Origin: Alkalispirochaeta sp.
GTDB lineage: Bacteria; Spirochaetota; Spirochaetia; DSM-27196; Alkalispirochaetaceae
Direction: 5' to 3'
DNA: 64,000 nucleotides
Assembly (NCBI GenBank): GCA_965601925.1
Contig: OZ271854.1
Coordinates: 1,056,001-1,120,000, forward strand
Shown: piece after piece, positions 30,470 to 40,459 of the stretch
Layout: the number at the start of each line of letters is the position of its first letter
Numbering within the stretch: the first letter of the stretch is position 1
Translations under genes and position numbers: made by a program
The notes under the pieces: generated by a model
The model's database searches: none
Seen by the model: only the letters and a program-made list of their open reading frames with translations
Told to the model about the DNA's origin: nothing

Positions 30470-30660
30470 TTGATAGTAGTTCACCATTAAGATCGTGCCG
30501 TGGACCTCTTGGCGAAAGCGCACCGTAGCGAGTGATTCGTCGCCGGTCCGGTCGGCGTCGTACAGCTCCGTGGTGACAAGCCGTGCCGGTTCCACAATCT
30601 CCCGGTACGTGCCGTCCATACCCGTCGTCTCACCGGAGGCAGGTCGCCACACGTAGCGAA
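30470..30660 (-). pseudogene. SRPBCC remnant (central fragment)
   Basis: RYVWRPASGETTGMDGTYREIVEPARLVTTELYDAD closely matches the protein at 24914-25426; both ends are missing. Confidence 0.8.
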
Positions 30661-30768
30661 GACAGCCGCGGACGTGACGATACTGCAACGACGAGTCGTC
30701 GGGTACACGCCGGGACGCCGTTGATGTACCCGTGTCGAGGCCTGGTACCGGTAGAGATCGAGCGCAGG

Positions 30769-31374
30769 TTATCGAAGCTGCCGCACGTAGGCGGAAAGAC
30801 AGCGGGCCGCCTCCGATAGAAGCTCTTCCAACTCCGGCGTGCCTGCGTATGCGGGCAGGCGGAACAGCACCGACTCAATGACTCCGTAGATCACACGTCC
30901 CGCGGCCGGAGCCCTTGTCGGTTGATCGCGTAATCGGGTGGCGGCGAGTATCGTCGCTACCTCACCTTCGAGTTTGCGTTCGAACAGGGAGACGGTGGCG
31001 GCAACGTCGTCGTCGTGCACCGTGAGATCGTAGATGTCTCGAAATAGCGCTCCGAACGAGACGACGTACGCGGCGGCCTCGTCCAGCAGAGCGCGCATTC
31101 GTGCTTCATCGTCGTGCGTAGTCGGTCCCGAAAAGAAGCGCGCAATATCGAGGTCACCGAAGCCCTCCAAGAATGTATCGAGAATCTCTATGAAGGCGGC
31201 TCGTTTGTCGGGGAAGTACTCATAGAAAGTTCCGACCGCGACATCGGCCCCCCGCGCAATATCGCGGGCCTGGGTCTTCCGGTATCCGGTGGCGACAAAA
31301 CACGTCCGCGCCGCGTCTACGAGACGGTCGCGGGTGGCGCGGCTTCTGGTTTGTCGGGGAACTCGACGAGGCAT
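30769..31374 (-). CDS. TetR-family regulator
   Basis: PRQTRSRATRDRL, DIARGADVAVGTFYEYFPDK. Confidence 0.93.
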   Translation of the reverse strand: MPRRVPRQTRSRATRDRLVDAARTCFVATGYRKTQARDIARGADVAVGTFYEYFPDKRAAFIEILDTFLEGFGDLDIARFFSGPTTHDDEARMRALLDEAAAYVVSFGALFRDIYDLTVHDDDVAATVSLFERKLEGEVATILAATRLRDQPTRAPAAGRVIYGVIESVLFRLPAYAGTPELEELLSEAARCLSAYVRQLR

Positions 31375-31408
31375 ATGTCAAAGCATATACGAACATCATG
31401 ACAGATAA

Positions 31409-31480
31409 AAGTCGAAGTCAAGTTCAATTTCTCTTGACAGATCGTCGGACGATTTATAAATTGAAGTTGAGTTCAATTTC
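31409..31480. promoter_or_regulatory. TetR operator pair with TTGACA promoter
   Basis: AAATTGAA-N6-TTCAATTT (31458-31479), imperfect copy at about 31409-31430, TTGACA at 31434. Confidence 0.7.
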
Positions 31481-31496
31481 AATTAAGGAGATGCAT

Positions 31497-32009
31497 ATGA
31501 CAATTCAATCCATGGATAGGTCGACGTTCCCGCACGCGCGAGCCCTGGTAAATCGGGTATTTCCCGTTCAGACCCTCGTGGAACGATCATTCTTCTGGGC
31601 GTGGAAGCACCGCGACCGTCGGTGGATGCAACGGCTTCTTATTCTCGCGGGGGTCCACTCGTTGGACGACTTCTGGGTCGCGGTCGACGGAGACGGGACG
31701 GTCGTTGGAACGACGGGATTGCATGCCTATGCACGCGACCACGAGGAGGCGCGCTGGCTCAGTTGGTTTTGCGTCGCCCCGGAGGCGCGTGGAAGGGGAA
31801 TAGGCAGAGATCTCCTCGACTTTGCGATCCGTCAAGCTCGCGAACGAGGATTTCGCTACCTCCGCCTCTACACCGGCTCGGACCCCGACGAAGCGAAGGC
31901 GCAAGTGCTCTATGAGTCGCGGGGGTTACGCGAAGTTCGTCGGACGCCGAAACTGGGATTCGAGCGCATTGATCGCGAGTTGGAGCTGTCGAGCGTACGG
32001 CACGCGTGA
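31497..32009 (+). CDS. GNAT acetyltransferase
   Basis: CVAPEARGRGIG, LYESRG; AAGGAG RBS. Confidence 0.9.
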   Translation: MTIQSMDRSTFPHARALVNRVFPVQTLVERSFFWAWKHRDRRWMQRLLILAGVHSLDDFWVAVDGDGTVVGTTGLHAYARDHEEARWLSWFCVAPEARGRGIGRDLLDFAIRQARERGFRYLRLYTGSDPDEAKAQVLYESRGLREVRRTPKLGFERIDRELELSSVRHA

Positions 32010-32119
32010 GGGGGCGGGTTCCCCTTCTGCGCCCCGGTCGCCGCCTCGCTTATAACGCATCGACGGATATCGAGCGCACACTACTTCTCTCGCGGGAGCG
32101 ATACCGTTACCGTTATGAC

Positions 32120-32503
32120 ATGGACAGTATCTCCCTCGAAGTACGCGACTATGAGTTGGACGCACAAGGCATTGTGAATAACGGGATCTATTTCGGCTAT
32201 TTCGAACACGCCCGTCATAGGTGGTTAGCGGACCGCAACATCGACTTCGTGGCCTTGCACGAACGCGGCATCGATCCGGTTGTGGTAGAGGCGAACATCG
32301 TCTATGTGCGCCCGTTGAAAAGCGGTGATCGCTTTCGGGTCGTGACGGCTGTCAGAAAGCGCGGCGCGCTCCGTTACATCTTTGACCAGCGTATCGAGCG
32401 TATCGAGGACGATGCCGAGTGTGCTCGAGCGGAGATAACGGCGGTGAGCCTTAAAGACGGCCGGCCGGCAAAAATACCCGCGCTGGAAGAGGCGTTTGCC
32501 TGA
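32120..32503 (+). CDS. Acyl-CoA thioesterase (YbgC/FadM hotdog fold)
   Basis: VRDYELDAQGIVNN..YF.YFEHAR. Confidence 0.92.
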   Translation: MDSISLEVRDYELDAQGIVNNGIYFGYFEHARHRWLADRNIDFVALHERGIDPVVVEANIVYVRPLKSGDRFRVVTAVRKRGALRYIFDQRIERIEDDAECARAEITAVSLKDGRPAKIPALEEAFA

Positions 32504-32535
32504 GGCGCGTCGGAGCGGTTGAAAGGGAGCGTGTT

Positions 32536-32946
32536 TTGAAAAGGCCGATCGATGTGGTTGCCCTCGCAGTCGTGCGGAACGGAAGGCTTCTGTTAGCCCG
32601 GAGCCGCGGAAAGACGGCGTTTTATCTACCGGGCGGAAAGCGCGAACCGGGCGAGTCGGACCTTGCGGCGTTGCGACGCGAAATCGTCGAGGAGCTGGGT
32701 TGTGAGCCCGATATGGCCCAAACGACGTTCTTCAGAACGTACGACGCGCCGGCGTTCGGCGAGAGTGTGGGAACGCGTGTCGTTATGAAACTATTTCGCG
32801 GACCTCTTACCGGCCGTCCAGCACCGCGACGAGAGATCGAAGAGATCAGGTACTTCACCGTTGCCGAGTACGCCGATATGGTGGCCAGGGCCCCGGCCTC
32901 CGAGCTCGTGTTGGAAGATTTACGCGCCATTGGTGTCGTCGATTGA
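32536..32946 (+). CDS. NUDIX hydrolase
   Basis: PGGKREPGESDLAALRREIVEELG Nudix box. Confidence 0.93.
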   Translation: MKRPIDVVALAVVRNGRLLLARSRGKTAFYLPGGKREPGESDLAALRREIVEELGCEPDMAQTTFFRTYDAPAFGESVGTRVVMKLFRGPLTGRPAPRREIEEIRYFTVAEYADMVARAPASELVLEDLRAIGVVD

Positions 32947-32981
32947 CGTAAGGTTTCGACGAATCACGTATAATGGGTATC

Positions 32982-34631
32982 ATGGAAGGAGGCGAGGCGA
33001 CGGTGTCGAGCAAACCGGAATCGCCGAGCATACCCGACGACCCGGGCAACCCGAGCGAGCGAACGGTAGACACGTCATCGGGCGGCGCTCCGCCGGAGGA
33101 CGTACGCTGCTCTCTTAGAGCCCACGGGGCGACTCAGCTCCAGATTAAGACGTCATATCCCTTCGAAGACCGAAGACGCAGCGCATTTCAGACGAATGTG
33201 TACATCATCGTGCCGCGACAGTTCAGTATTCGATTAGACGAACGGGGTCGTAGGGCACTTCTCGAAGACACCCAATCGGCGACTCGCTTCACCGTGATCA
33301 ACATGGGGCTGGCACAACTGGTCGACCCCGACGCTCGAGACAGCCCCCTATTCCGCATCGCCGCGGAGCTGAATCGCGCTTCGCGAGCCGGTCGTCCCGA
33401 TCATCGACGCATCGACTACGAGATCCGCACGTTCTGTAACGTATTCACATTTCAAATAAAGTCGATGGTTCGGTTCATACGGTCGATACCGACCCCGATC
33501 CACACGCCCACGGAGATCGCAACCGCCGCGAAACACTTCATACGAGACGCGGCCAAAACGCTCACGGTCTTTCGTGACATTCGCACACGACTCCTGGATC
33601 CGTCGATCCCGGAGTCGGTTCGACACACCCACGTCGTCGCGGACGAGTACGTGGGAGACCAGTTCGTGCGCCATCTGCTCGACCTCGCCGCCCGCTTCCG
33701 AGATATGGACGATGCGGACAATATCCGGCGTCGCCTCGAACGGGCGGTGGAACGGGAGCTTGCGTACCAGACCGAGCGCGGCTACTCCGCGGTTCGATCC
33801 GACACGATCTCGCCCGGGGACGAGCGATCGCTGGAACGGCTCGTCGTTCGCGAGAGTCGCCTAAAGAAGTGGGTACAGTCGGTGCTGTATATGGATGTAG
33901 AAGAGTCGGGAACCCCGCGAAGGGTCGGTCACGCGATCGCTTCGGTCGCCGCGGCAACGGCAATGAGTATCGCGGTCGTCGCGGCCTTTTTTGCCGATCG
34001 CTGGTACGCCAGCTACAGCGTTCCGTGGGCGTTGCTCATTGTCGGCTCATACATCCTGAAAGATCGTATAAAGGAGATGCTACGTTCCGCCCTGGTTCGG
34101 TACGTACCCGGGGTGATATCCGATCGCACCCGCATACTCAACGATCCGGCCACTCAGCGACGGGTCGGAAGTGCGCGACTCAGTATTCGAAGCGTAGATG
34201 TCGGTGCGGTGCCCGATTTGCCCTCCGGAGAAACGACACGTGAAGACGATATCCTGTCGGAAACGGTCGCACGGAGTTGTGTGATGTTTTCTACGGCGGT
34301 GCGCCTCAACGGGCACAGACTCCTAAGCCGCCATCGGCGGGTGAACGGCATAACCGATATCACCCGTATTCGTTTGGACAGGTGGCTCCGCGATATGGAT
34401 GCGCCGACAAAGGAGGTTCGTCTCTTTGTAGATCGCCGCCACGTTACGGTCACCGCACCGCGTACGTATCGCTTGCAAATCGCGGTGCGCGTCTCACAAT
34501 TCGGAGAGCGATCTCCGAGCACTCGGTTCTGGACCGTTGTCCTTACCCGCACCGGCATCGTCCGCGTCGAGGCGGGACACGGAACTCGCGAGGCGGAAGA
34601 GGTCGACATATTCGATCTCGAACACGATTGA
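32982..34631 (+). CDS. Hypothetical protein, about 550 aa with an internal two-helix membrane hairpin
   Basis: Long open frame; hydrophobic pair ending SYILKDRIKE; TATAAT 7 nt upstream of ATG 32982. Confidence 0.8.
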   Translation: MEGGEATVSSKPESPSIPDDPGNPSERTVDTSSGGAPPEDVRCSLRAHGATQLQIKTSYPFEDRRRSAFQTNVYIIVPRQFSIRLDERGRRALLEDTQSATRFTVINMGLAQLVDPDARDSPLFRIAAELNRASRAGRPDHRRIDYEIRTFCNVFTFQIKSMVRFIRSIPTPIHTPTEIATAAKHFIRDAAKTLTVFRDIRTRLLDPSIPESVRHTHVVADEYVGDQFVRHLLDLAARFRDMDDADNIRRRLERAVERELAYQTERGYSAVRSDTISPGDERSLERLVVRESRLKKWVQSVLYMDVEESGTPRRVGHAIASVAAATAMSIAVVAAFFADRWYASYSVPWALLIVGSYILKDRIKEMLRSALVRYVPGVISDRTRILNDPATQRRVGSARLSIRSVDVGAVPDLPSGETTREDDILSETVARSCVMFSTAVRLNGHRLLSRHRRVNGITDITRIRLDRWLRDMDAPTKEVRLFVDRRHVTVTAPRTYRLQIAVRVSQFGERSPSTRFWTVVLTRTGIVRVEAGHGTREAEEVDIFDLEHD

Positions 34632-35151
34632 GGATGGTGTCGTCGACATCAACTCGGAAGAGGCGGTTGAAGACCTCCTCTCCGCCGTATCTCCGATAAA
34701 TCATTTAGTCTTGACCGTTTCGGCTCCCGGCGCAGCGTCCGGCATCGTCGATACCCCTGTCGATCAGGCGAAGGCGGCCTTCGAGCGATTCTGGATGAAC
34801 TACAGGATACTGCATCGTGCCTCGGACTACCTCGTGCGAAACGGCTCCGTTACGCTGATTTCAGGGAGCAGTAGCAAAACGCCCCGTAAGGGCTACGGCT
34901 TCTGGGGCACCTTGCACGGCAGCATTGAAGCGTTGGGAAGGAATGCGGCGCTGGAGCTGGCCCCCATTCGAGTCAACGTCGTGTCGCCCGGAGGCATCGG
35001 ATTGCCACCCGATCGACAGTTAGCTGAACACCACGGTCGACCGGAGGACGTAGCAACGATGATCCTGGCGATAATCCGGAACCCGGCGGTTACCAATGCG
35101 AAAATCGATGTGGACGGCGGTGAACGTCAGGGAACATGGCCGTCCGGTTAG
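34630..35151 (+). pseudogene. N-terminally truncated atypical SDR
   Basis: GSVTLISG, ALELAPIRVNVVSPG, IDVDGG present. No Gly-rich Rossmann strand and no plausible start. Confidence 0.75.
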
Positions 35152-35363
35152 CGCACCGTCACTTCACCCGTGCACGAAGCGCCCCAAACGTCGAAATCGC
35201 CGGAGCTACGCACCCGATGAGCGCGACGATGCTGTAGTACAGCAGTCGGGCGTGAGACATACCGGAGTCGTGTGTTCACGTGCCGACCGTGTCCGGAGCG
35301 GCGGAACGCCGATATGAGAGCGAGGGGCCGTCGGCGCCGTATCGCCCGGTCAGATGAGCATAG

Positions 35364-36260
35364 TCAGTGTGGGCAAGTGCGCCCACGGGGCCGGTCGGCC
35401 CGTCGGCGAAATCGCGTCAAATACACGCCCGGCGTTACCCCGATATGTACCGAAAAATCGCGGATAAAGTGCGATTGATCGGCATATCCCAACTCAGCGG
35501 CCAACGCCGCCCAATCGACGCGGTGCGAGGCGTCAAGACGCGCAACCGCCTCCATGAGACGATACCGATTAATGATCCATTTGAGCCCTACTCCGACGTA
35601 GGTATGAAAAAGATGCTGGAGCGTTCGCTCGGTAATGGAGAAGTGCTCGGCGATCTCGCGGACTCGCGTGATGGTTCGATCTCCCACGACCCGGTCGATA
35701 ATCGCGTTGATCATCGTGATCCGATCGTCTCGTGCGGGGAGCACGGGGCGCAAAAAGGCCTCGACCGTTTTAATCATACTCGCCGGATCGGGTGTCGCGA
35801 GTACAGCGCGCTCGATTCGCTCGTCATAGGTCCGAAAGACGTCCTGTACTTTCATCGTCTCGTCGGTGAGGTCCGAAACGGGTCGGCGAATGAATGGATG
35901 AAAGGCGCCTGGGCGAAACGTGACGCCGAACACGCCCCCTGCACCGCGAAGGTCGTAGCTGAACCTTCCGGTGATTACGCCGAAGACGGCCGTCTTTCCT
36001 CTGTCGAAAACCAATTTTACGCACGGGTGAGGCAGAGTCTCCGACGTATACACCTCACCTTTCGGAAGATCCCAGCGCACAATCCAGTAACGCTCGACGA
36101 AGAACGCGAGGTCGTCGGTTGGAACAAACCGATCGAGCTGAAAAAAACGCCGCCCACGCACCTGATGGAGGAGTCCGTGGGGTTTGGCGGTATGCGATGA
36201 TCCGCTCTTTTCGTCGGTGACGTCCGATTGCGTATTGCGGATTTCTTCAATACCGGCCAC
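35364..36260 (-). CDS. AraC-family regulator with N-terminal cupin-like (DUF6597-type) domain
   Basis: VERYWIVRWDL, LPHPCV, ELGYADQSHFIRDF. Confidence 0.92.
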   Translation of the reverse strand: MAGIEEIRNTQSDVTDEKSGSSHTAKPHGLLHQVRGRRFFQLDRFVPTDDLAFFVERYWIVRWDLPKGEVYTSETLPHPCVKLVFDRGKTAVFGVITGRFSYDLRGAGGVFGVTFRPGAFHPFIRRPVSDLTDETMKVQDVFRTYDERIERAVLATPDPASMIKTVEAFLRPVLPARDDRITMINAIIDRVVGDRTITRVREIAEHFSITERTLQHLFHTYVGVGLKWIINRYRLMEAVARLDASHRVDWAALAAELGYADQSHFIRDFSVHIGVTPGVYLTRFRRRADRPRGRTCPH

Positions 36261-36306
36261 GGCAGCTCAAATATACTGACGTTGAATCGTTCATGGAGGA
36301 AGCACT

Positions 36307-36618
36307 ATGTACTACGGTCTGCATGGAAAACTCGTCGCGAAGCCGGGCGCGCGCGACGCCGTCGCCGCAATACTCACGCGCGGAGTGGATGAGCTCGTCG
36401 CCTTTGGATGCCTACTTTACATCGTGAGTCTCGACCCCGAACATTCCGACGTCATCTGGGTGACCGAAGTCTGGAAATCCGCCGACGGTCACGCCGCATC
36501 GCTTGAGTCGCCGTCGGTCAAGGAAGCCGTCGCCGAGGCAATGCCGATGCTTACCGGAGCGTTCAGCGGAACGACGCTCTCGGTCCTCGGCGGGCTCGGT
36601 CTGCCGGAGAACGCATAG
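36307..36618 (+). CDS. Antibiotic-biosynthesis-monooxygenase (ABM) family protein
   Basis: GCLLYIV...IWVTEVW.S...H.ASL; GGAGG RBS. Confidence 0.9.
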   Translation: MYYGLHGKLVAKPGARDAVAAILTRGVDELVAFGCLLYIVSLDPEHSDVIWVTEVWKSADGHAASLESPSVKEAVAEAMPMLTGAFSGTTLSVLGGLGLPENA

Positions 36619-37012
36619 TTGATACGCACGCGACGGCGAAGAAGGTAGGCGGTTCGCGCTACAGTCCGCTCACGAGTGCTCCCTTCGCGAGTCCTCCCGT
36701 CGACGTCGAAATGGGAGGGAAGGACCAAGGGAAAGTTCCATCGCCGCGCACGCAGCAGCGTGTGCGGAGCCGGGTACCGAAGCCGCTTCTTGACTGCCGA
36801 ATGTCCTTTCGCTACAACCGAACCGATCCTCGACAACGTCATCGCACCGATATATCGTTGGCGGACGACGGATCCGGAACGAGGTAAGACTGTTATTAAA
36901 ACCGGCACCGTGAGATGAGTGTCTGAACAGTGACCGCGCGACCATCCCGATGACCGACGGTAGCGTGAGTGCGGAGCGATCGACCGCGCGGAAAAAGAAG
37001 GGGGCGAACGGG

Positions 37013-38029
37013 ATGATGAACATGTTACATGCCTGGAGACGCTTGCGCCGTCGCACCAAAGCAGCCCTGATTGTACTGACCGTCCTCTGGCTCCTCGCGG
37101 GCTCGCTGACGGTGGTGACGTCGACGGAGGCGAGAGGCGTCGGAGCGGTCGCGGCGATTCTATTCGTCTGCGCCTTGGTGTTCCATCTGGGGCGCAGCCG
37201 TCCGTACGCACGAGATCTGCCGGATATGGTTACCGTCTCACTCCCTCGATTGAAGTACCTACCGGCGCTCGCTTTGACCGTGGGCGTGCTCCTCGCCCTC
37301 TTTTGGGTGGGAGGCCTCTTCCATCCCTGGTTGGTGTTGGTAACGGCCTTAACGTCGATCGCCCTTTGGGTAATCGGCACGCGGCGACGGCAGCTCTCTC
37401 ACCGTCCGGTGCTGCTCGGAGTAGCGGCCGGCGCCCTCTGTCTACTCCTTGCGCTCCTCGGCAACCGTCTGGACGGTTACCAAGCGTTTTATTTGGCGTG
37501 CGTGCCGCTCCTGTTCATCGCCGGCGTCCTCCTTACGCGCGAGAGTAATCTCGCCCGAGTCCGCAGCGCCGATGGTGCGTGGCGGCTCTCGCTGAGAGGA
37601 TTCGCAACGGGTTGCCTCTTGGCGGTGCCGGCCGCGCTTCTCAATGTTGCGGACGGAGCCTCGACGAGCGACGCGTGGGTCGACCGACCCTGGGAGCCGT
37701 TGATTGCCCTGGTCCCGGGCATCGCCGAAGAGACGTGGGCCCGACTCTTCATGACGACGCTCATCTACGCGATCCTGCGCCCTCGGAGTAGGCCACGACC
37801 GACTCGAGCGGTGACGGCCGCCGTTTTGATCGCCGCGTTCGCCCACAGCCTCGTGCATCTGTCCGGGTCGATGATTTTCAGTCCGGCGGCGATTCCCGCT
37901 CTCCTGAACGGTCTTCTCTTCGGTGTACCCTTGGGGCTCCTCTTCGTCAAGCGCGATTTCGAGCACGCGGTGGGATACCACTTCTTCATAGACTTCGTAC
38001 GCTTCGGTGCCGCGTTGGAACAAGCATAA
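37013..38029 (+). CDS. CPBP (Abi/CAAX) intramembrane metalloprotease
   Basis: Polytopic; GIAEETWAR, FAHSLVH, HAVGYHFFID motifs. Start approximate. Confidence 0.82.
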   Translation: MMNMLHAWRRLRRRTKAALIVLTVLWLLAGSLTVVTSTEARGVGAVAAILFVCALVFHLGRSRPYARDLPDMVTVSLPRLKYLPALALTVGVLLALFWVGGLFHPWLVLVTALTSIALWVIGTRRRQLSHRPVLLGVAAGALCLLLALLGNRLDGYQAFYLACVPLLFIAGVLLTRESNLARVRSADGAWRLSLRGFATGCLLAVPAALLNVADGASTSDAWVDRPWEPLIALVPGIAEETWARLFMTTLIYAILRPRSRPRPTRAVTAAVLIAAFAHSLVHLSGSMIFSPAAIPALLNGLLFGVPLGLLFVKRDFEHAVGYHFFIDFVRFGAALEQA

Positions 38030-38106
38030 CGCGCGGTGAGATGGACCCTGTCGAAGCACGTTGCGCTCCATCGACGGGAAATACGTGTAGAGCTCGGGCG
38101 AAACGA

Positions 38107-38135
38107 TTGACACTTACTTACATGTAAGTTATTAT
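38107..38135 (+). promoter_or_regulatory. Promoter TTGACA-N17-TATTAT containing palindrome ACTTACATGTAAGT
   Basis: Perfect 14-bp palindrome at 38116-38129 in the spacer. Confidence 0.8.
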
Positions 38136-38141
38136 GTGTGT

Positions 38142-38717
38142 ATGCGAGAAGAGATTTTGCGTTTGGCACGGAACCAACTTATGTCCGGGGGGTACGACAA
38201 TCTCAGTTTCGCCGCGATTGCGGACTCGCTCTCTACGACGCGCGCCAATATACACTATCACTTCAAGAACAAAGAGGGATTAGCGACCGAGGCGACAAAG
38301 GCGCACATCGCCGAGGAGCTCGATCTCATGAAGTCCGTAGCACAGCGATACCACGACGATTTCGCCGCCTTCATTGCGGATGTCGAAGCGCGGTTTGTCT
38401 CCATGATCAAGAAGAAGAGGGACAAAAAAATAGACATCTGCAGTCAACTGATCCGCACGGACGGTGTGCCCGCTGAGCTTACCAAGCTCGCGCAAGATCA
38501 CTTCAAGGATGTTCATGATCTCTGTGAAGAGGTGATCGTCGCCTCGCAGCGGGCGGGAACGATACAAAGCGATATCCGTGCATCCGACTTAGCGGCCCAA
38601 GCGGTTGCGATGATGTTGGGAGTGATTCAGTTGGCGATCGTGTACCACGACCGCGGCGGTGACTCGTCGGAACGGATCCGCGGCCTTTTGACCGGCTGGG
38701 TTCGGAGCTATGTATAA
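38142..38717 (+). CDS. TetR-family regulator (NemR-like)
   Basis: GYDNLSFAAIA...ANIHYHFKNKE. Confidence 0.92.
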   Translation: MREEILRLARNQLMSGGYDNLSFAAIADSLSTTRANIHYHFKNKEGLATEATKAHIAEELDLMKSVAQRYHDDFAAFIADVEARFVSMIKKKRDKKIDICSQLIRTDGVPAELTKLAQDHFKDVHDLCEEVIVASQRAGTIQSDIRASDLAAQAVAMMLGVIQLAIVYHDRGGDSSERIRGLLTGWVRSYV

Positions 38718-38732
38718 AAAATTTATCGACAT

Positions 38733-38752
38733 ACTTACTTACATGAAAGTTA
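38733..38752. promoter_or_regulatory. Second TetR operator copy ACTTACTTACATGAAAGTTA
   Basis: One mismatch to the copy at 38112-38131; lies upstream of the redoxin/epimerase genes. Confidence 0.75.
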
Positions 38753-38914
38753 GCAGAAGGAGGCTCATCACATCGTAACGCTCAGATTGCAACCGACCAC
38801 CACCAAGAAAGAGAGGAAGTATGATACGCATTAACAAACGCACATTCGCTACCGCTTCCGGCAGCGACGATTTTTTCGGTCCGTATGACGCAACCAACGT
38901 TCGAGGCGGTCGTC

Positions 38915-39442
38915 ATGTCCGCGTTTAACCGACTAATACCCGGCGCACCCTTCCCCGACATCACGCTTTCCGCAACCGACGGCTCACGGATTGTCCTTGG
39001 GGAGAGAGGGTGGCGCGCGATCTTTGTGATACGCGGCGCCCATTGCGGAATCTGTCGCGCCTATCTCGGCCAGCTTGAAAAGAGACGCTCCGCGTGGGAG
39101 ACGAGGGGCATCGATGTCCTCGTTGCCAGCGCCGACTCGGTGGAGAAGAGCCGCACATTCATAGCCGAGGCGGGGTACCGGGGACGCGCGGCGTGCGACT
39201 TGGACGTGCCCGCCATGCGGGCCCTCGGCCTGTGGATGACCGGGCCGGAGGCGTCGGAGCTCGACTACGTTCATCCCGAGCCCGGCTTTTTTCTGATCGA
39301 TCCCGACGGCAACGTGGCCGCCGCCGAGGCGTCGACCATGCCCTCGGTTCGACCGGACCTCGAGTGGCTCGATAAAAGTCTGACATACGTCGTCGAACAC
39401 GATGTGCGGCCGCCCTACGGCCGCTATGGGGTGGCGGCATGA
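38915..39442 (+). CDS. Redoxin/AhpC-TSA-family protein
   Basis: RGAHCGIC CxxC motif, EPGFFLIDPDG, RPDL. Confidence 0.88.
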   Translation: MSAFNRLIPGAPFPDITLSATDGSRIVLGERGWRAIFVIRGAHCGICRAYLGQLEKRRSAWETRGIDVLVASADSVEKSRTFIAEAGYRGRAACDLDVPAMRALGLWMTGPEASELDYVHPEPGFFLIDPDGNVAAAEASTMPSVRPDLEWLDKSLTYVVEHDVRPPYGRYGVAA

Positions 39443-40347
39443 GCGGACCACTGACGCGTAACGGAGAAACGGTCCTGCTCACCGGGGCGACGGGGTACGT
39501 CGGATCGGTTGTCGCCGAGAAATTGTGCAAAGCGGGATATGTGGTGCGAGGCCTCACGCGCTCCGAACGAAAGGCGCCCATCCTCGAGGCGGCGGGAATC
39601 GAGCCGATCGTCGGGGATGTCGGAGATATCGACCTCATGGCCGAGGCGGCAGCGGGCGTAAACGCGATCGTTCACACGGCGGCGCCGAACGCCCCGGTCC
39701 CGGGGGAGAGTATGGCGCAAATAATCGCCGGAGCGGCTCGCGCCGTGGAGCTGGCAGCCGATTTGGCCGCCACGAACAACGCCCGCCTGATCGTCACGAG
39801 CGGGGTCTCGTTATACGGGCCGACCGGGGGCCGCGTCGTAGACGAGACCGCACCGCTACAAACACCGCCGTTCGCCGCCCCCCTTGCCGAGGCGGAGACC
39901 ACATTTGCCGAACGGGGCCGTGCGTATGTCCTCCGGTTAGGCGTCGTGTACGGCCGCGATCAGAGCGCCCCGATGCGCGCGCTCATCGACGGCGTCCGTG
40001 AACGGGGTGCACCCGTCATGATAGACCACGCGAATCGACTTTCGGTTGCGCACGTCGACGATCTCGCGGACCTCTATACCGCTATTCTTGAGGCCGACGC
40101 ACCGCCGACGGTCGTGAACGGCGTCACCGCTATCCTCACGTGGCCCAGGGTGATGGACGCCGTCGCCACGGCGGCGGGTATCTCGGCGGAACCGGAAACC
40201 ATCACGGCGGAGGAAGCGGGAGCGTTGGGCGGTCCGGCGATATACATGGCTATGGATATGGCCGTCTCGGGCGAGCTGGCACGGCGGACCCTTGGATGGC
40301 TACCGAAAGCGCCGGACTTTGAAACCGATCTGACGAGAGGATCGTGA
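39439..40347 (+). CDS. NAD-dependent epimerase/dehydratase-family protein
   Basis: TGATGYVG, HVDDLADLY, ARRTLGW.P. Confidence 0.9.
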   Translation: MSGPLTRNGETVLLTGATGYVGSVVAEKLCKAGYVVRGLTRSERKAPILEAAGIEPIVGDVGDIDLMAEAAAGVNAIVHTAAPNAPVPGESMAQIIAGAARAVELAADLAATNNARLIVTSGVSLYGPTGGRVVDETAPLQTPPFAAPLAEAETTFAERGRAYVLRLGVVYGRDQSAPMRALIDGVRERGAPVMIDHANRLSVAHVDDLADLYTAILEADAPPTVVNGVTAILTWPRVMDAVATAAGISAEPETITAEEAGALGGPAIYMAMDMAVSGELARRTLGWLPKAPDFETDLTRGS

Positions 40348-40459
40348 GGAAGCGTCCGCGGGTACGGAGCGCGACGCGCGGCCCGCTCCGCGGTTCTCAG
40401 CCTTCGCCGACGAGAGCGGATTCACTCCCCGCCTCGCCGGCGCAATGAACTCGCAGTAG

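Noticed and set aside
36660..36790. Possible structured RNA (CCTCCC/GGGAGG and GCACGC/GCGTGT stems)
   Set aside because: Short stems are expected at this GC content and I recognise no riboswitch consensus.
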